From: a virus
Lineage: Duplodnaviria > Caudoviricetes
DNA: 64,000 bases
Strand: one strand, 5' to 3'
IMG/VR virus record: IMGVR_UViG_2744054895_000002
Location: 1 to 64,000 of that record
Made by a program: the position numbers and the translations under genes. The notes under the pieces are model-generated. The model had not been told where the DNA came from, searched no databases, and worked only from the letters and a program-made list of their open reading frames with translations. Positions 27,454 through 37,389 of the stretch are shown piece after piece (positions within the stretch are counted from its first letter, which is position 1; the number at the start of each line of letters is the position of its first letter).

Positions 27454-27648
27454 CGAGCCGTGATGGGCTACAACAATCGCGACGCGCCCGACGTGTAGCC
27501 GCAGGCAGCGTAGCCGCCTGGGCTCCGTATCTCGGCTCGCTTCAGCTGCCCTATAACCCTCGCCCCTGCCGGATGTACTGAACCTCGGGGCTCCCCCATC
27601 CTCGGATTCGGGGTTCCCGGCAGGGGGGGCACCACAGGAAGGCCCTAA

Positions 27649-27891
27649 GTGCGCTTACTGACCGGATTGTTCGAACCCCGGAGTGGTCCTGTCGACCCCG
27701 ATACCTGCAATCTGTGTTGTGACCTCCGTGAACTTCTTCAAAAGGTCGGCAGGGAAGGCAACACCCGCCACATTTTGAGGGTCATGACTGTCATGGAGCT
27801 GCACGCAAATTTCGGTCATCGAGATGAAATCGTTGTCCGGGGTGCAGGCGCTTACTCGGCTGGAGGCCATCGTCAACGACGACGTACGTGA
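27649..27891 (+). CDS. Small hypothetical protein
   Basis: GTG after AGGAAGG; CNLCC..H..H. Confidence 0.35.
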   Translation: MRLLTGLFEPRSGPVDPDTCNLCCDLRELLQKVGREGNTRHILRVMTVMELHANFGHRDEIVVRGAGAYSAGGHRQRRRT

Positions 27892-28209
27892 GGCGCCCGA
27901 CCACTGTCCCGTCATGGCCACCTTCAGCCTCTCGCGCCTGCGCCGCGTTCTTGCGCCGGACGCTTGGACGGCCGCATGACCAAGAGACGCCCGCCCCGGC
28001 GAACCGGCTGCTTTCGGCCCGGTTCATCGAGGCGGCTCAAGCCCCGTTCCGGGACAAGGCGCTGACGTGCTCCCGCACGGTCGGCGCCGACCGCCGGTCC
28101 GGTCTGGCCGGGAACCGCTTGGATGGAGTAGCCGGTTGCCTACGCTCCGTCCGGCGCAACCGGGTCATCTGCAACACCACGCGTAACTCAACAAGAAGGG
28201 TGTTAACCG

Positions 28210-28404
28210 ATGAGTGCAAGCACGGTGCAGGACAAGGCCCAGGTGAGGGACATCCCCGAGGTGGTGAGCGGAGCCGTACAGGATCCGTTCGACCTCGATG
28301 TGGACGTCCTGGAGCTGGCCGGCGGGACCGTCCCGCTGATCACGCTGACCGACGACGGCTGCAAGCCCTCGTGCCCGGCCTCCTGCGCCACGAACGTGGC
28401 CTGA
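28210..28404 (+). CDS. lanA: FxLD-family class I lanthipeptide precursor
   Basis: 64 aa; leader DPFDLDV; C-terminal TDDGCKPSCPASCATNVA with 3 Cys plus Ser/Thr; directly upstream of lanB. Confidence 0.93.
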   Translation: MSASTVQDKAQVRDIPEVVSGAVQDPFDLDVDVLELAGGTVPLITLTDDGCKPSCPASCATNVA

Positions 28405-28418
28405 CCGTCGCGGCACCT

Positions 28419-28454
28419 GGTGCTGGTCCGCGCGGAAATACGCGGGCCAGCACC
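28419..28454 (+). terminator. Stem-loop between lanA and lanB (attenuator/stability element)
   Basis: GGTGCTGGTCCGCG..CGCGGGCCAGCACC 14-bp stem with one G-U pair. Confidence 0.6.
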
Positions 28455-28486
28455 ACCCACAGGGACCTCACAGCGACGGGAATCGA

Positions 28487-31400
28487 GTGGTGGGTAGTAA
28501 TCAGCGGCTGTACCGGTGCGCCGACACCGTGTTGTTGAGGGCAAGCGCCCAGGCGGACGTGGCGCTGCCGGAGTGGCCCGACATGCCTGTCGATACACCT
28601 GCGCACGCTGCAGCTTGGACGGCCTGGCTACGGGAAGTCGGGAAGCAGGAAGTAGTCGCCGATGCGATCGAGCAGGCCAGCCCGGGCCTCGCACGACAGG
28701 TCGATGCCGTGCTTACGGCTGGCGAGGTGAATGTGCGCCAGGTGCGGCGCACCGCGTTGTCGGTCGCCCGGTACGTACAACGACTCACCGGCAGAAGTAC
28801 GCCGGCCGGTCTGTTCGCTGGTATCTCCGTAGCATCCTTCGGCTCCGAAGCGGCTGTGCGGTTCGGAACCCGACATCGGCCCGTTGCCAGGGCCGACGCC
28901 TCGTGGCTGGTGCCTGTCGTCACCGAACTGGAGTCCTCTCGCAGGTTACTCGCCCGGCTGCCGGTGATGGTGAACACCACTGCCTTCGTGCGCGGTGACC
29001 GCCTCGTGGTGCCTCACCCGCCGCCGGACAGTGGGGCCGGCCCGGCTCTGGCAGAGGTGTCCGTCCGCAACACGCAAGCCGTCCGAACGACGGTGGCACA
29101 CGCCCAGTCACCCATTCGATTCGACGCCCTCGCCGACAAGCTCGCATCCGAGTTCCCCGCGACACCGGCATCGACCATCGACCAGATGCTCGCAGGCATG
29201 GTCAAGCAACACATCCTCATCACCGCCCTGCACGCACACTCGGGGATCTGTGACGCCTTCGGACACGTCATGGAACAACTGGACATCGCAGGCGCTGAGG
29301 GCATCGCCGAGGTAGCACACCTGGTCAGCAGGCTGCACGAGATCCACAAGATGCTCGACCTCCACAACGAGGACCGTACGCCCTCGGATGCCCGGACACT
29401 CCGCTCGGCGATGACCGCGCGTATGACGGCTCTGGCGCCAGCCGCGAAACGGCCACTGGCGGTGGATCTCCTGGCGGACTGCTCGCTCGTCCTGCCGCAC
29501 CAAGTGGCGAACGAGGCAGAAGCCGCTGCTCACGCGCTTACGCGCTTGAGCTCCTATCCGTCCGGCACCCCAGCCTGGGCGGACTACTTCACGCGCTTCT
29601 TCGCGCGGTACGGGGTCGGCTCGCCGGTGCCACTGTTGGACCTCGTGGACCCCGACGTGGGGCTTGGCCTGCCCGTCGGCTACCTGGGCGGTGACCCGGA
29701 GCCGCCCGAGTCCGTCTCCGCCCGCCACCGGCGGCTCCTCGCCATGGCACAGGCTGCGGCACTGGACGGGTGCCGCGAAATCGTGCTGGACGAACGGCTC
29801 GTGGACGAACTCGCCATGGCCGACCCGGACGCGGTTCAGGTTCCTCCTCACCTGGAGCTGTGCTTCCAGCTTCAGGCCCCGTCGCTTGCCGCGCTGGACC
29901 GCGGGGAATTCGATCTGTGCGTAGTCAGCGCATCCCGGGCTGCTGGCACCATGTCCGGCCGCTTCCTCGACCTCCTGGAGCCGCCGGACCGGGAGCGGGC
30001 GACCACCGTGTTCGACCAGTTCGCGGCCACTGACCCCGAGGTGCTGCCGGTGCAGGTCTCCTCCCCGCCGCTTGACCCGAAGAACGCCCACGTCACACGG
30101 GCCCCTAACCTGCTGCCCGACCTCATCAGTATTGCCGAGCACCGCCCGCCAGACGACCACGTGATCTCTCTGGACGACTTGGCGGTGCAGTGCACCAAGG
30201 AGCGGCTGTTCCTGGTCTCGCTCTCGCGTGGGCGCCGACTGTCCCCGACGATGCTGCACGCTCTGGATCTGCGGGCCCATACTCCTCCACTGGGGCGGTT
30301 CATCGTCGAGGTGGCCAAGGCGCAGCAGGCGTTGGTCACCGGGTTCGACTGGGGTCCGGCCCGTCACCTGCCGTACCTGCCGCGCCTGCGCTACGGTCGC
30401 ACCATCGTGGCCCCCGCCTGCTGGATCCTGGAGTCCAGCGAGCTACCCGGCCGCGATGCCTCATGGGTGGAATGGAGCGAGGCGGTAGCCGAGTGGCGGG
30501 AGCGGCGGGGCCTTCCATTCACTGTCTTCATCACCGAGGGCGACCACCGCCTGAAGCTCGACCTCGACCAGGCCGCCCATCTCCTGTTGCTGCGAGAGCA
30601 CCTCGCCACTGCTGAGTCCGCCGTTCTCACCGAGGCCCCGGCAGCCCCCGCCCACGGCTGGTTCGGCGGACGCCCCCATGAGATCGTGACCACGTTGACA
30701 GCCAGGCGAGCGTCAACGCCACCGCTCGCAACGACCGGCCTACGCATGCCAGTCGAGCGCGGTCACGGCCATTTGCCCGGCGCGCCGCCCTGGCTGCACG
30801 CCAAGCTATATGGGCACCCCGAGCGGCTTCCTCACCTCGTGGCCCAGTACCTGCCGGAGCTGTTCGCCGCGTGGGAAGCGCCACCACGGTGGTGGTTCAC
30901 GCGATTCCGTGATCCTCAGTGGCACATGCGGTTGCGGATCGCCGTCGCGGACGCGGCCGAGTTCGGCATTGCGGCTCAGCGCATCAGCACATGGGCCAGC
31001 GATCTGCGTCGCCGGGGGTTGCTGAGCGATATGCAGTTCGCGAGCAGCTTTCCGGAGACCGGACGCTGGGGGAGCGGATCGGCGATGGACGCCGCCGAGA
31101 ACGTCTTCGCCGCCGACTCCGTCGCCCTGGCCGCCCAGTTCGCAACCCCAAAGCGACCGCACGCGCAAGCCCTGGCCGCCGTCAACTTCGTCTCGATCGC
31201 GTGCGACTTCACCGGCAGCACCGAGGCTGGCATGGCATGGCTGCTCGACCAGCCCCGTGGTGACGCCTCCCGGCGCCTGGATCGCACGCTGCTCAAGACC
31301 GCCGTTCGCCTGGCCGACCCGGCTGACGGCTGGGCTGCCTTGAAGGCAGCACCGGGTGGCATGAGCATCGCCAATGCTTGGTCCGCCCGCAGTCAGGCCC

Positions 31401-31588
31401 TGGCCGACTACCGCGAGGAGTTGGCCCGTGCGGAGGAGGTGCCGGCGGACTCGGTCCTCGATTCACTCCTGCACGCCCACCACATCCGGGCTGTGGGCAT
31501 TGACCGCGACGGTGAGGACACCTGTCGTCGTCTCGCCCGCGCCGCTGCCCTGTCTTGGCGGGCCCGTTGCTCAGGAGAGAGGGGATGA
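28487..31588 (+). CDS. lanB: Lantibiotic dehydratase
   Basis: 1033 aa; RSTPAGLFAG, YLPRLRYG, C-terminal elimination domain WWFTRFRDP..HMRLR. Confidence 0.95.
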   Translation: MVGSNQRLYRCADTVLLRASAQADVALPEWPDMPVDTPAHAAAWTAWLREVGKQEVVADAIEQASPGLARQVDAVLTAGEVNVRQVRRTALSVARYVQRLTGRSTPAGLFAGISVASFGSEAAVRFGTRHRPVARADASWLVPVVTELESSRRLLARLPVMVNTTAFVRGDRLVVPHPPPDSGAGPALAEVSVRNTQAVRTTVAHAQSPIRFDALADKLASEFPATPASTIDQMLAGMVKQHILITALHAHSGICDAFGHVMEQLDIAGAEGIAEVAHLVSRLHEIHKMLDLHNEDRTPSDARTLRSAMTARMTALAPAAKRPLAVDLLADCSLVLPHQVANEAEAAAHALTRLSSYPSGTPAWADYFTRFFARYGVGSPVPLLDLVDPDVGLGLPVGYLGGDPEPPESVSARHRRLLAMAQAAALDGCREIVLDERLVDELAMADPDAVQVPPHLELCFQLQAPSLAALDRGEFDLCVVSASRAAGTMSGRFLDLLEPPDRERATTVFDQFAATDPEVLPVQVSSPPLDPKNAHVTRAPNLLPDLISIAEHRPPDDHVISLDDLAVQCTKERLFLVSLSRGRRLSPTMLHALDLRAHTPPLGRFIVEVAKAQQALVTGFDWGPARHLPYLPRLRYGRTIVAPACWILESSELPGRDASWVEWSEAVAEWRERRGLPFTVFITEGDHRLKLDLDQAAHLLLLREHLATAESAVLTEAPAAPAHGWFGGRPHEIVTTLTARRASTPPLATTGLRMPVERGHGHLPGAPPWLHAKLYGHPERLPHLVAQYLPELFAAWEAPPRWWFTRFRDPQWHMRLRIAVADAAEFGIAAQRISTWASDLRRRGLLSDMQFASSFPETGRWGSGSAMDAAENVFAADSVALAAQFATPKRPHAQALAAVNFVSIACDFTGSTEAGMAWLLDQPRGDASRRLDRTLLKTAVRLADPADGWAALKAAPGGMSIANAWSARSQALADYREELARAEEVPADSVLDSLLHAHHIRAVGIDRDGEDTCRRLARAAALSWRARCSGERG

Positions 31589-32844
31589 CCATGAACCGGG
31601 AAGCGGCCGAACTGACCGCCGCCGCTGTCGCCGACCGACTGGCCAATCCGTCCGCCGCCCAGAAGCTCGGTCTTCCGCAGGGCTGGCACCGACAGTCTCT
31701 CGCCCACGGTGCGGTAGGGGTCGCGTTGTTGCACGTTGAGCGTGCCCGCGCGGGCCTGGGGCCCTGGCAGCGCGCCCACGACTGGCTCGCCTACGCCGCC
31801 GCGGGCCAGGTCGAGTCCTGGGAGGACAGCCATCTCCACTACGGCGTTCCGGCGGTCGCCTTCGCCCTGAACGCCGCAGCCGACCGGCCAGGCCAGTACG
31901 CCCGTGCCCTGGACACCTTGGATCGCAACATCGCGAAGACGACGCGGCGCCGCCTGGAACGTGCCCACGCCCGGATGAACGCTGGCGTCGCGCGTTCAGC
32001 TCTCGCCGAGTTCGACAGCATTCGGGGACTGTCCGGTATCGGCGCGTACCTGTTGAGACGCCAAGCGGACACCGACCTCTTGCGCGACGTCCTCACCTAC
32101 CTGGTGCGCCTGACCGAGCCGGTGAAAGAGGACGGCGAGTTGTTGCCCGGTTGGTGGAGCGATCTGGCCCCCTCCGGCCAGCCCTCACCGGATTACCCGG
32201 CAGGACACGCCAACAACGGCATGGCCCACGGCATCGCCGGTCCGCTCGCTCTGCTCGCCATCGCGGCCCGCCACGGCATCTTCGTGAGCGGCCACCTCAA
32301 CGCGATCCAACGGATCTGTGCCTGGCTCGATCGCTGGCAGCAGGAGAGCGCGGCCGGTCCCTGGTGGCCCGCCCTGGTCACACGCGCCCAGTACCGCGGC
32401 GAGCAGCCGCTCGCCGCCGAGCCGTCCAGACCCTCCTGGTGCTACGGCACTGCGGGGCACGCCCGGTCTCAGCAGCTCGCTGCCCTGGCGGTCGGCGACA
32501 CCTCACGCCAGCAGGCAGCGGAAGGCGCGCTGGCTAGGGCACTCACCAATCCCGAGCAGCTCGCCGCGACGACTGACAGAAGCCTGTGCCACGGGTACGC
32601 CGGCATGGCCCACATCGCCGCGCAGGCAGCCGCCGACGCGCTCACCCCTGACCTCGCTGTTTGTATCCCCCAGCTCCTCGACGTGATCGGTACCGACCCG
32701 GACGTGGTGGCCATTTCCCTCACGCAGGCCGTTGGCGGTGACATCGGGCTTCTGGAAGGGGGAGCCGGAGTCGCGCTGGCTCTCCTCGCGGTCGCAACCG
32801 GTGCTCCGCTCTCCGGCTGGGACGCATTCCTCCTGATCAACTGA
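31585..32844 (+). CDS. lanC: Lanthionine cyclase
   Basis: GMAHGIAG, WCYG and LCHG Zn-ligand motifs, GLLEG; ATGA coupling to lanB. Confidence 0.95.
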   Translation: MTMNREAAELTAAAVADRLANPSAAQKLGLPQGWHRQSLAHGAVGVALLHVERARAGLGPWQRAHDWLAYAAAGQVESWEDSHLHYGVPAVAFALNAAADRPGQYARALDTLDRNIAKTTRRRLERAHARMNAGVARSALAEFDSIRGLSGIGAYLLRRQADTDLLRDVLTYLVRLTEPVKEDGELLPGWWSDLAPSGQPSPDYPAGHANNGMAHGIAGPLALLAIAARHGIFVSGHLNAIQRICAWLDRWQQESAAGPWWPALVTRAQYRGEQPLAAEPSRPSWCYGTAGHARSQQLAALAVGDTSRQQAAEGALARALTNPEQLAATTDRSLCHGYAGMAHIAAQAAADALTPDLAVCIPQLLDVIGTDPDVVAISLTQAVGGDIGLLEGGAGVALALLAVATGAPLSGWDAFLLIN

Positions 32845-32864
32845 CGACTCCGGAAGGCAGCGCC

Positions 32865-34979
32865 ATGCAGACCACGCAGGAGTGGCCGCAGTACGGCATC
32901 GAGTGCGCCGATCGGCACGCCGCCGAGCAGGTGGCAGCCGAACGCCTCAACGCCGAGCTGGCGACCTTGGTCGCCGACGGCGCGATCACCTCTTGGTGGT
33001 TCATCCGCAAGCCGCCCGGCCTGCGGCTCCGCTACCTCCCTGCCGACGGCCGCGCCCACCGACAGCTCAAGGCCCTCTTCGATGCCCTGACTGCTGAGGG
33101 GCGGATCATCCGATGGACCCCAGGCATCTACGAACCGGAAGTCCACGCCTTCGGAGGACGCGCCGGTATGGATGTCGCACACCACCTGTTCCAGCACGAC
33201 AGCCGCAACATCCTCGACTATCTGGCCCGGTCGCAATCTGCCGCCGGAGCCGTACTCGGGCGGCGCGAGCTGGGAATCCTGCTGTTCAGCGTGCTCATGC
33301 GGGGCGCCAGGCTGGACTGGTACGAGCAGGGCGACGTATGGGCCCGGGTTGCCGACGAGCGACCAGCCACGAGTTCGGGGCCTGTCTCTGAGCGGCTGAG
33401 GAAGGCCGTACATCGGTTGATGACCGTCGACGCCGGGCCGACCAGCAGTTTGGTCAACGGAGGGCCACTAGCGGCGCTCACCGACTGGGTCACATGGTTC
33501 GAGCACGCCGGGCAGCAACTCGTGGATCTTGACCGACGCGGAGTCCTGGAGCGCGGACTCCGCGCGGTCATCGCCCACCACGTGATCTTCCAATGGAACC
33601 GTCTGGGGCTGTCGGCCGCAGACCAAAGCACCTTGTCAACCCTGGCAAAAGAGATCGTCATGGGAACGAGGGAAGGCGCCGCGTCGGCGCCGGAGACCAG
33701 CACCGCAAGCACTACCTTCAACGAAGTGAGCACTCAGATGACCGATGACACCCGTACCGCCGAAAGCCTGCGCGAGGAGTTGGCAGACCAGCTTCGCCAA
33801 CAGGGAACGGTGACTACTGACTCGGTGGACGCGGCGGTACGGACCGTGCCCCGTGACGTTTTCGTGCGCCAGTTCAAGCCCGATGCCTCCCTGGAAGAGT
33901 CGTACGCCGACCAGCCGGTCCACACGAAGTTCAACGACTCAGGCGAGTCCATCAGCGCGGTGTCCCAGCCGACGGTGAACGCGCTGATGCTCGAACTCAT
34001 CAATGCCAGGAAGGGCCACAAGATCGAGGAGGCGGGCGCGGGCAGCGGCCTGTTCGCCTCCTACTTGGGGCATCTGGTCGGTCCCGAGGGACACGTCATC
34101 ACGCTCGACGTCGACCAGGACCTTGTCGACGGGGCCCGCGCTGCCGTAGAGAAGGCCGGGGTGAGCAACGTGAGCGTCATCCTCGGCGACGGTGCGGTCG
34201 GCCACCCCGACGGAGCCCCCTACGACCGGATCGTGGCGACTGTCGGTGCCCACGGCATCCCCCAGGCGTGGCTGGACCAGCTCGCCCCCGACGGCCGCCT
34301 CGTCGTGCCGATGCGACTGCGCGGCAGCGTCTCGCGCGCCGTCGCCTTCGAGCGTGACGAAACCGGCCGCTGGCGAAGCGTCCGCAGCGAGATGTGCACG
34401 TTCATGCCCCTGCGCGCAGGAGTGGCCGACGACCCTCGCCGCGTCGTCTCGCTGACCGACGACGGTTCCGTCAAGCTTCAGTTCAACGGAGAGCAGCAGG
34501 CGGACGAGGCTGCGCTGCAGGGAGTGCTCGAACGCCCGGGCACCGAGACATGGTCGGGCGTGACGTTCCGGGGGCCGGAGTCCCCGGAGTTCATGTGGCT
34601 GTGGCTGGCCTGCCGTCTGGACAACGCCTTGAGCCGGATGGAAGTCGATCGTCAGTCTCCCGCTGCCAGCAAGCTCGACCCCATGTTCCGCCCCATGGCC
34701 GTGGCAGAGCAGGGCGACCTCGCTTACCTGACCCTGCGCAAAGCTGACCTGGACCAGGAGGGCAACCAACTCTACGAGGCGGGAGCTATTGGCCACGGGC
34801 CTGCGGGCAAGGAGCTTGCCGACCGGGTGGCCGAGGAGATGGCCGTCTGGCACCGCAGCTTCCGGGGGCGCGACGTGACATTTGAGATTCAGCCGCTCAG
34901 CGCCGCCCCGCTCCACTCGAAGCCTGGTCGCTTCGCCTTCGATAACCCGATCAACCGGATCGTCATCGAGTGGCAGTGA
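32865..34979 (+). CDS. fxlM: Fusion of a LanB-type elimination domain and a PIMT-like O-methyltransferase (FxLD-system methyltransferase)
   Basis: N-terminal WWFIRK..LRLRY, YEPEVHAFGG, HHVIFQWNRLG; C-terminal VPRDVF, SQP, EAGAGSG, PYDRI, QLAPDGRLVVP. Confidence 0.9.
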   Translation: MQTTQEWPQYGIECADRHAAEQVAAERLNAELATLVADGAITSWWFIRKPPGLRLRYLPADGRAHRQLKALFDALTAEGRIIRWTPGIYEPEVHAFGGRAGMDVAHHLFQHDSRNILDYLARSQSAAGAVLGRRELGILLFSVLMRGARLDWYEQGDVWARVADERPATSSGPVSERLRKAVHRLMTVDAGPTSSLVNGGPLAALTDWVTWFEHAGQQLVDLDRRGVLERGLRAVIAHHVIFQWNRLGLSAADQSTLSTLAKEIVMGTREGAASAPETSTASTTFNEVSTQMTDDTRTAESLREELADQLRQQGTVTTDSVDAAVRTVPRDVFVRQFKPDASLEESYADQPVHTKFNDSGESISAVSQPTVNALMLELINARKGHKIEEAGAGSGLFASYLGHLVGPEGHVITLDVDQDLVDGARAAVEKAGVSNVSVILGDGAVGHPDGAPYDRIVATVGAHGIPQAWLDQLAPDGRLVVPMRLRGSVSRAVAFERDETGRWRSVRSEMCTFMPLRAGVADDPRRVVSLTDDGSVKLQFNGEQQADEAALQGVLERPGTETWSGVTFRGPESPEFMWLWLACRLDNALSRMEVDRQSPAASKLDPMFRPMAVAEQGDLAYLTLRKADLDQEGNQLYEAGAIGHGPAGKELADRVAEEMAVWHRSFRGRDVTFEIQPLSAAPLHSKPGRFAFDNPINRIVIEWQ

Positions 34980-34980
34980 G

Positions 34981-36114
34981 ATGGATGCCAGCCAGATAAC
35001 GCGAAGGTTCCCTCTGGTCGCTCGCCCTCGCCCCGCATGCACGCCACTCGACGAACGGGTTCGCGAGATCGGCGCCCTCGCGCGAGAGGCAGAACACGAA
35101 GGGCGCATGGCACTGGCCGCCACGGCGTTCAACAAAGCCGCGCTGCTGGCCAGCGACTGCGACCTGCCCGAGCTGGCTCGCGCTCTGTGCTGGCGACATT
35201 CCGAGGTGTACCTGCGCACCCAGCCACTGGGTGCGCAGGTCGCCCGGTACGGTCTGGAGCCCTTGGTCAACCTCGCCCGGTTGCTGATCCGCTCCGGCGA
35301 CGGCGAAGCCGCTTACGTCCTCCTCGACTCCATGTTCCAAGCAGTGAAATCCGGCTCGGACACCGTCATCGATGGGCGAACTGTGTCCTTCGAGCACATC
35401 ACCGGATCAGACGAAAACCGCCGTGAGCTGTACCAGTGGCTGTGGGCCGTACTGCTCGCCGACGGCGCCCGCGCTCTGGCCAGCGCGGGCCGGTGGACGG
35501 ATGCACTGGCCCAGCTCAAGCGCCACAAGGGGATTGGCAAGCGGATGTTCGACGGTCGCCAAGTCGCGGTGATCGCTGACCTCACGGCAGACAACGCATT
35601 CGGGGCCATGACCCTCCTGGCCGACACCGTCCCGGGTGAGCCCTGGGAGAACGCCGTCACGGCTTGCCTGATGGTGATGTCCCGACGGCAGGCTGGCTTA
35701 CCGGTCGATCGCGAACTTGCCGAGTTGCTGGACTGCTACCAGCGACTTGACCGCCCGGCGGAGTTGGCCGTCTTCCACACCCGGTTGGGCCTCTCTGTCC
35801 TCGACATCGCCGATGGCGTTGGCGAGGTGGTTGCCCATCGCATCGCGACGAACCTCATTGGTCAGACGGTGGCGACATCAGATGGATACGCGGCCCGTGA
35901 CGTGCTGGCCCACGTGGGCTGCTCCGCACTCCTGACGAGTGCCCAAGCCCAACAACTCGGCCACGCGGTGGAAGCCTGTGCCCTCGGTAGAGGCCACATT
36001 CCCGTAGAAATGCGAACCGACTTGATGGCCGCGCTCGATCTCAGTGAAGGAGTGCTCAGGCAAACGTTGGCTGCAACACCCCCGTGCGGCCGGCCCCCGG
36101 CCTTCGACCGGTGA
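34981..36114 (+). CDS. Helical hypothetical protein at the end of the lanthipeptide operon
   Basis: Starts 1 nt after the fxlM stop; FPLVARPRP, NKAALLASDC, EPLVNLARL motifs. Confidence 0.75.
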   Translation: MDASQITRRFPLVARPRPACTPLDERVREIGALAREAEHEGRMALAATAFNKAALLASDCDLPELARALCWRHSEVYLRTQPLGAQVARYGLEPLVNLARLLIRSGDGEAAYVLLDSMFQAVKSGSDTVIDGRTVSFEHITGSDENRRELYQWLWAVLLADGARALASAGRWTDALAQLKRHKGIGKRMFDGRQVAVIADLTADNAFGAMTLLADTVPGEPWENAVTACLMVMSRRQAGLPVDRELAELLDCYQRLDRPAELAVFHTRLGLSVLDIADGVGEVVAHRIATNLIGQTVATSDGYAARDVLAHVGCSALLTSAQAQQLGHAVEACALGRGHIPVEMRTDLMAALDLSEGVLRQTLAATPPCGRPPAFDR

Positions 36115-36158
36115 ATCTACAAGCGGCGCAACGTGGTGGAACGGTGCTCGCAACTGAC
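36088..36158 (+). mobile_element. IS5-family transposase remnant
   Basis: Reading through the stop gives GRPPAFDR*IYKRRNVVERC, matching the recalled C-terminal signature of actinobacterial IS5 transposases. Confidence 0.6.
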
Positions 36159-36364
36159 GGGCCAGGTAGTCGAGTTCGCCGTAGGGTAGAGCGACGCAGT
36201 CCGGAGCTCGTGATCAGGCCAACTGACGCAACTCTGCCCAGTGCGTGCGGCTACGGCCTTATCGTGCGGGTACGTGGATGAAGACGAATTCGGCCGCGGG
36301 CTCGCCGAGCTGGAGATAAGGCCCGATCCGAGACCGGCACGAGCAGAATAGGAAGGGGAATTGC

Positions 36365-37014
36365 GTGTCCGCTCCGCCGTCGCTCGGGCCTGTCGCACGC
36401 TTGCGTGAACACAACGAACGGGTCCTGAGGCTGCGTCAGGACATCCGGGAGGTGACCCTTCGGCAGCGTCTGATGTACGGCTTCGGTGCTGGTGTCGTGC
36501 TCTGCGTCCTCGGCGTCGCCGTCCCTACAGCACTGACGTGGCGGCGCTTCAACATGGCACCCATCAACACGGTGCTCGTTCTCCTGGCCGTCGTATCTGT
36601 TGTTGGGTTCATTGCGTCCTCATCGATGGAAACGATCAGACGCGCAGGCTCACGGCCTGACACTTTTGGGGAACGGCTGACTCGCCAGGAGCTGGAGCTG
36701 GATCTCGAAATCGCTATTGAGAACAGGCTCATCGACGCGACCCCGCTAGACATCCCCATCCGCAACAGGCAGTTCGCCTAGGCATCACCGGGTACTACAA
36801 GTTCCGCGAACGCAGCTTCAACCTGCAGCAGACCGCGGACTCGATCGAAGAGCACGCCAACGCTTTCCACCTCGGCCTGCCGCCCTACGACAGCACCGAC
36901 CCTGCGGCCAACCTGGCGCTCCTGACTGCCAAGGTCGAAACCCTCCGAGTGGAACAAAGACGCCGAGAACAACAACTTGACCAACCGCCGGAAACTCGCG
37001 ACCAGTCCGGCTGA
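36365..37014 (+). pseudogene. SLATT/DUF4231-like membrane protein, broken by an internal deletion or frameshift at ~36780
   Basis: First part (2 TM helices) stops at TAG 36779-81; another frame starting at 36781 continues GITGYYKFRERSFNLQQTADSIE to TGA 37014 without its own start. Confidence 0.6.
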
Positions 37015-37389
37015 TCCTTAGCCTCAGCAGAGCCCAGGGAAGGCCGCCACACGCTGTCGGTCAGCCCGGCAGCTTGTCGGTGTTGTCACTTGGCGGCACA
37101 GCCCCGTGAGCCTTCGGCAGCGGCTGCCCAGGTGACGGGCCCCGGAGTGAAAGCGTCCTGCCCGACCGGCCGTGTTTGAACGGTGTCGACGGTCACGAAG
37201 CCGCTCGGCCCGCCGTACAGGCGGGCGATGGGACGGCTGAGCCTAGTGCGGGCCGACGCCAGGTGCCCGTGGCATTGAACCTCGAGCCGTAACACGACTG
37301 ATCACGGTCGCGTGGCTGGCCCGCCAGACGCTGCTCAGTTTCGGCGTTTCTGTGGCGGCGCTGATGCTTGATGACCATGCTGGTCAGCT

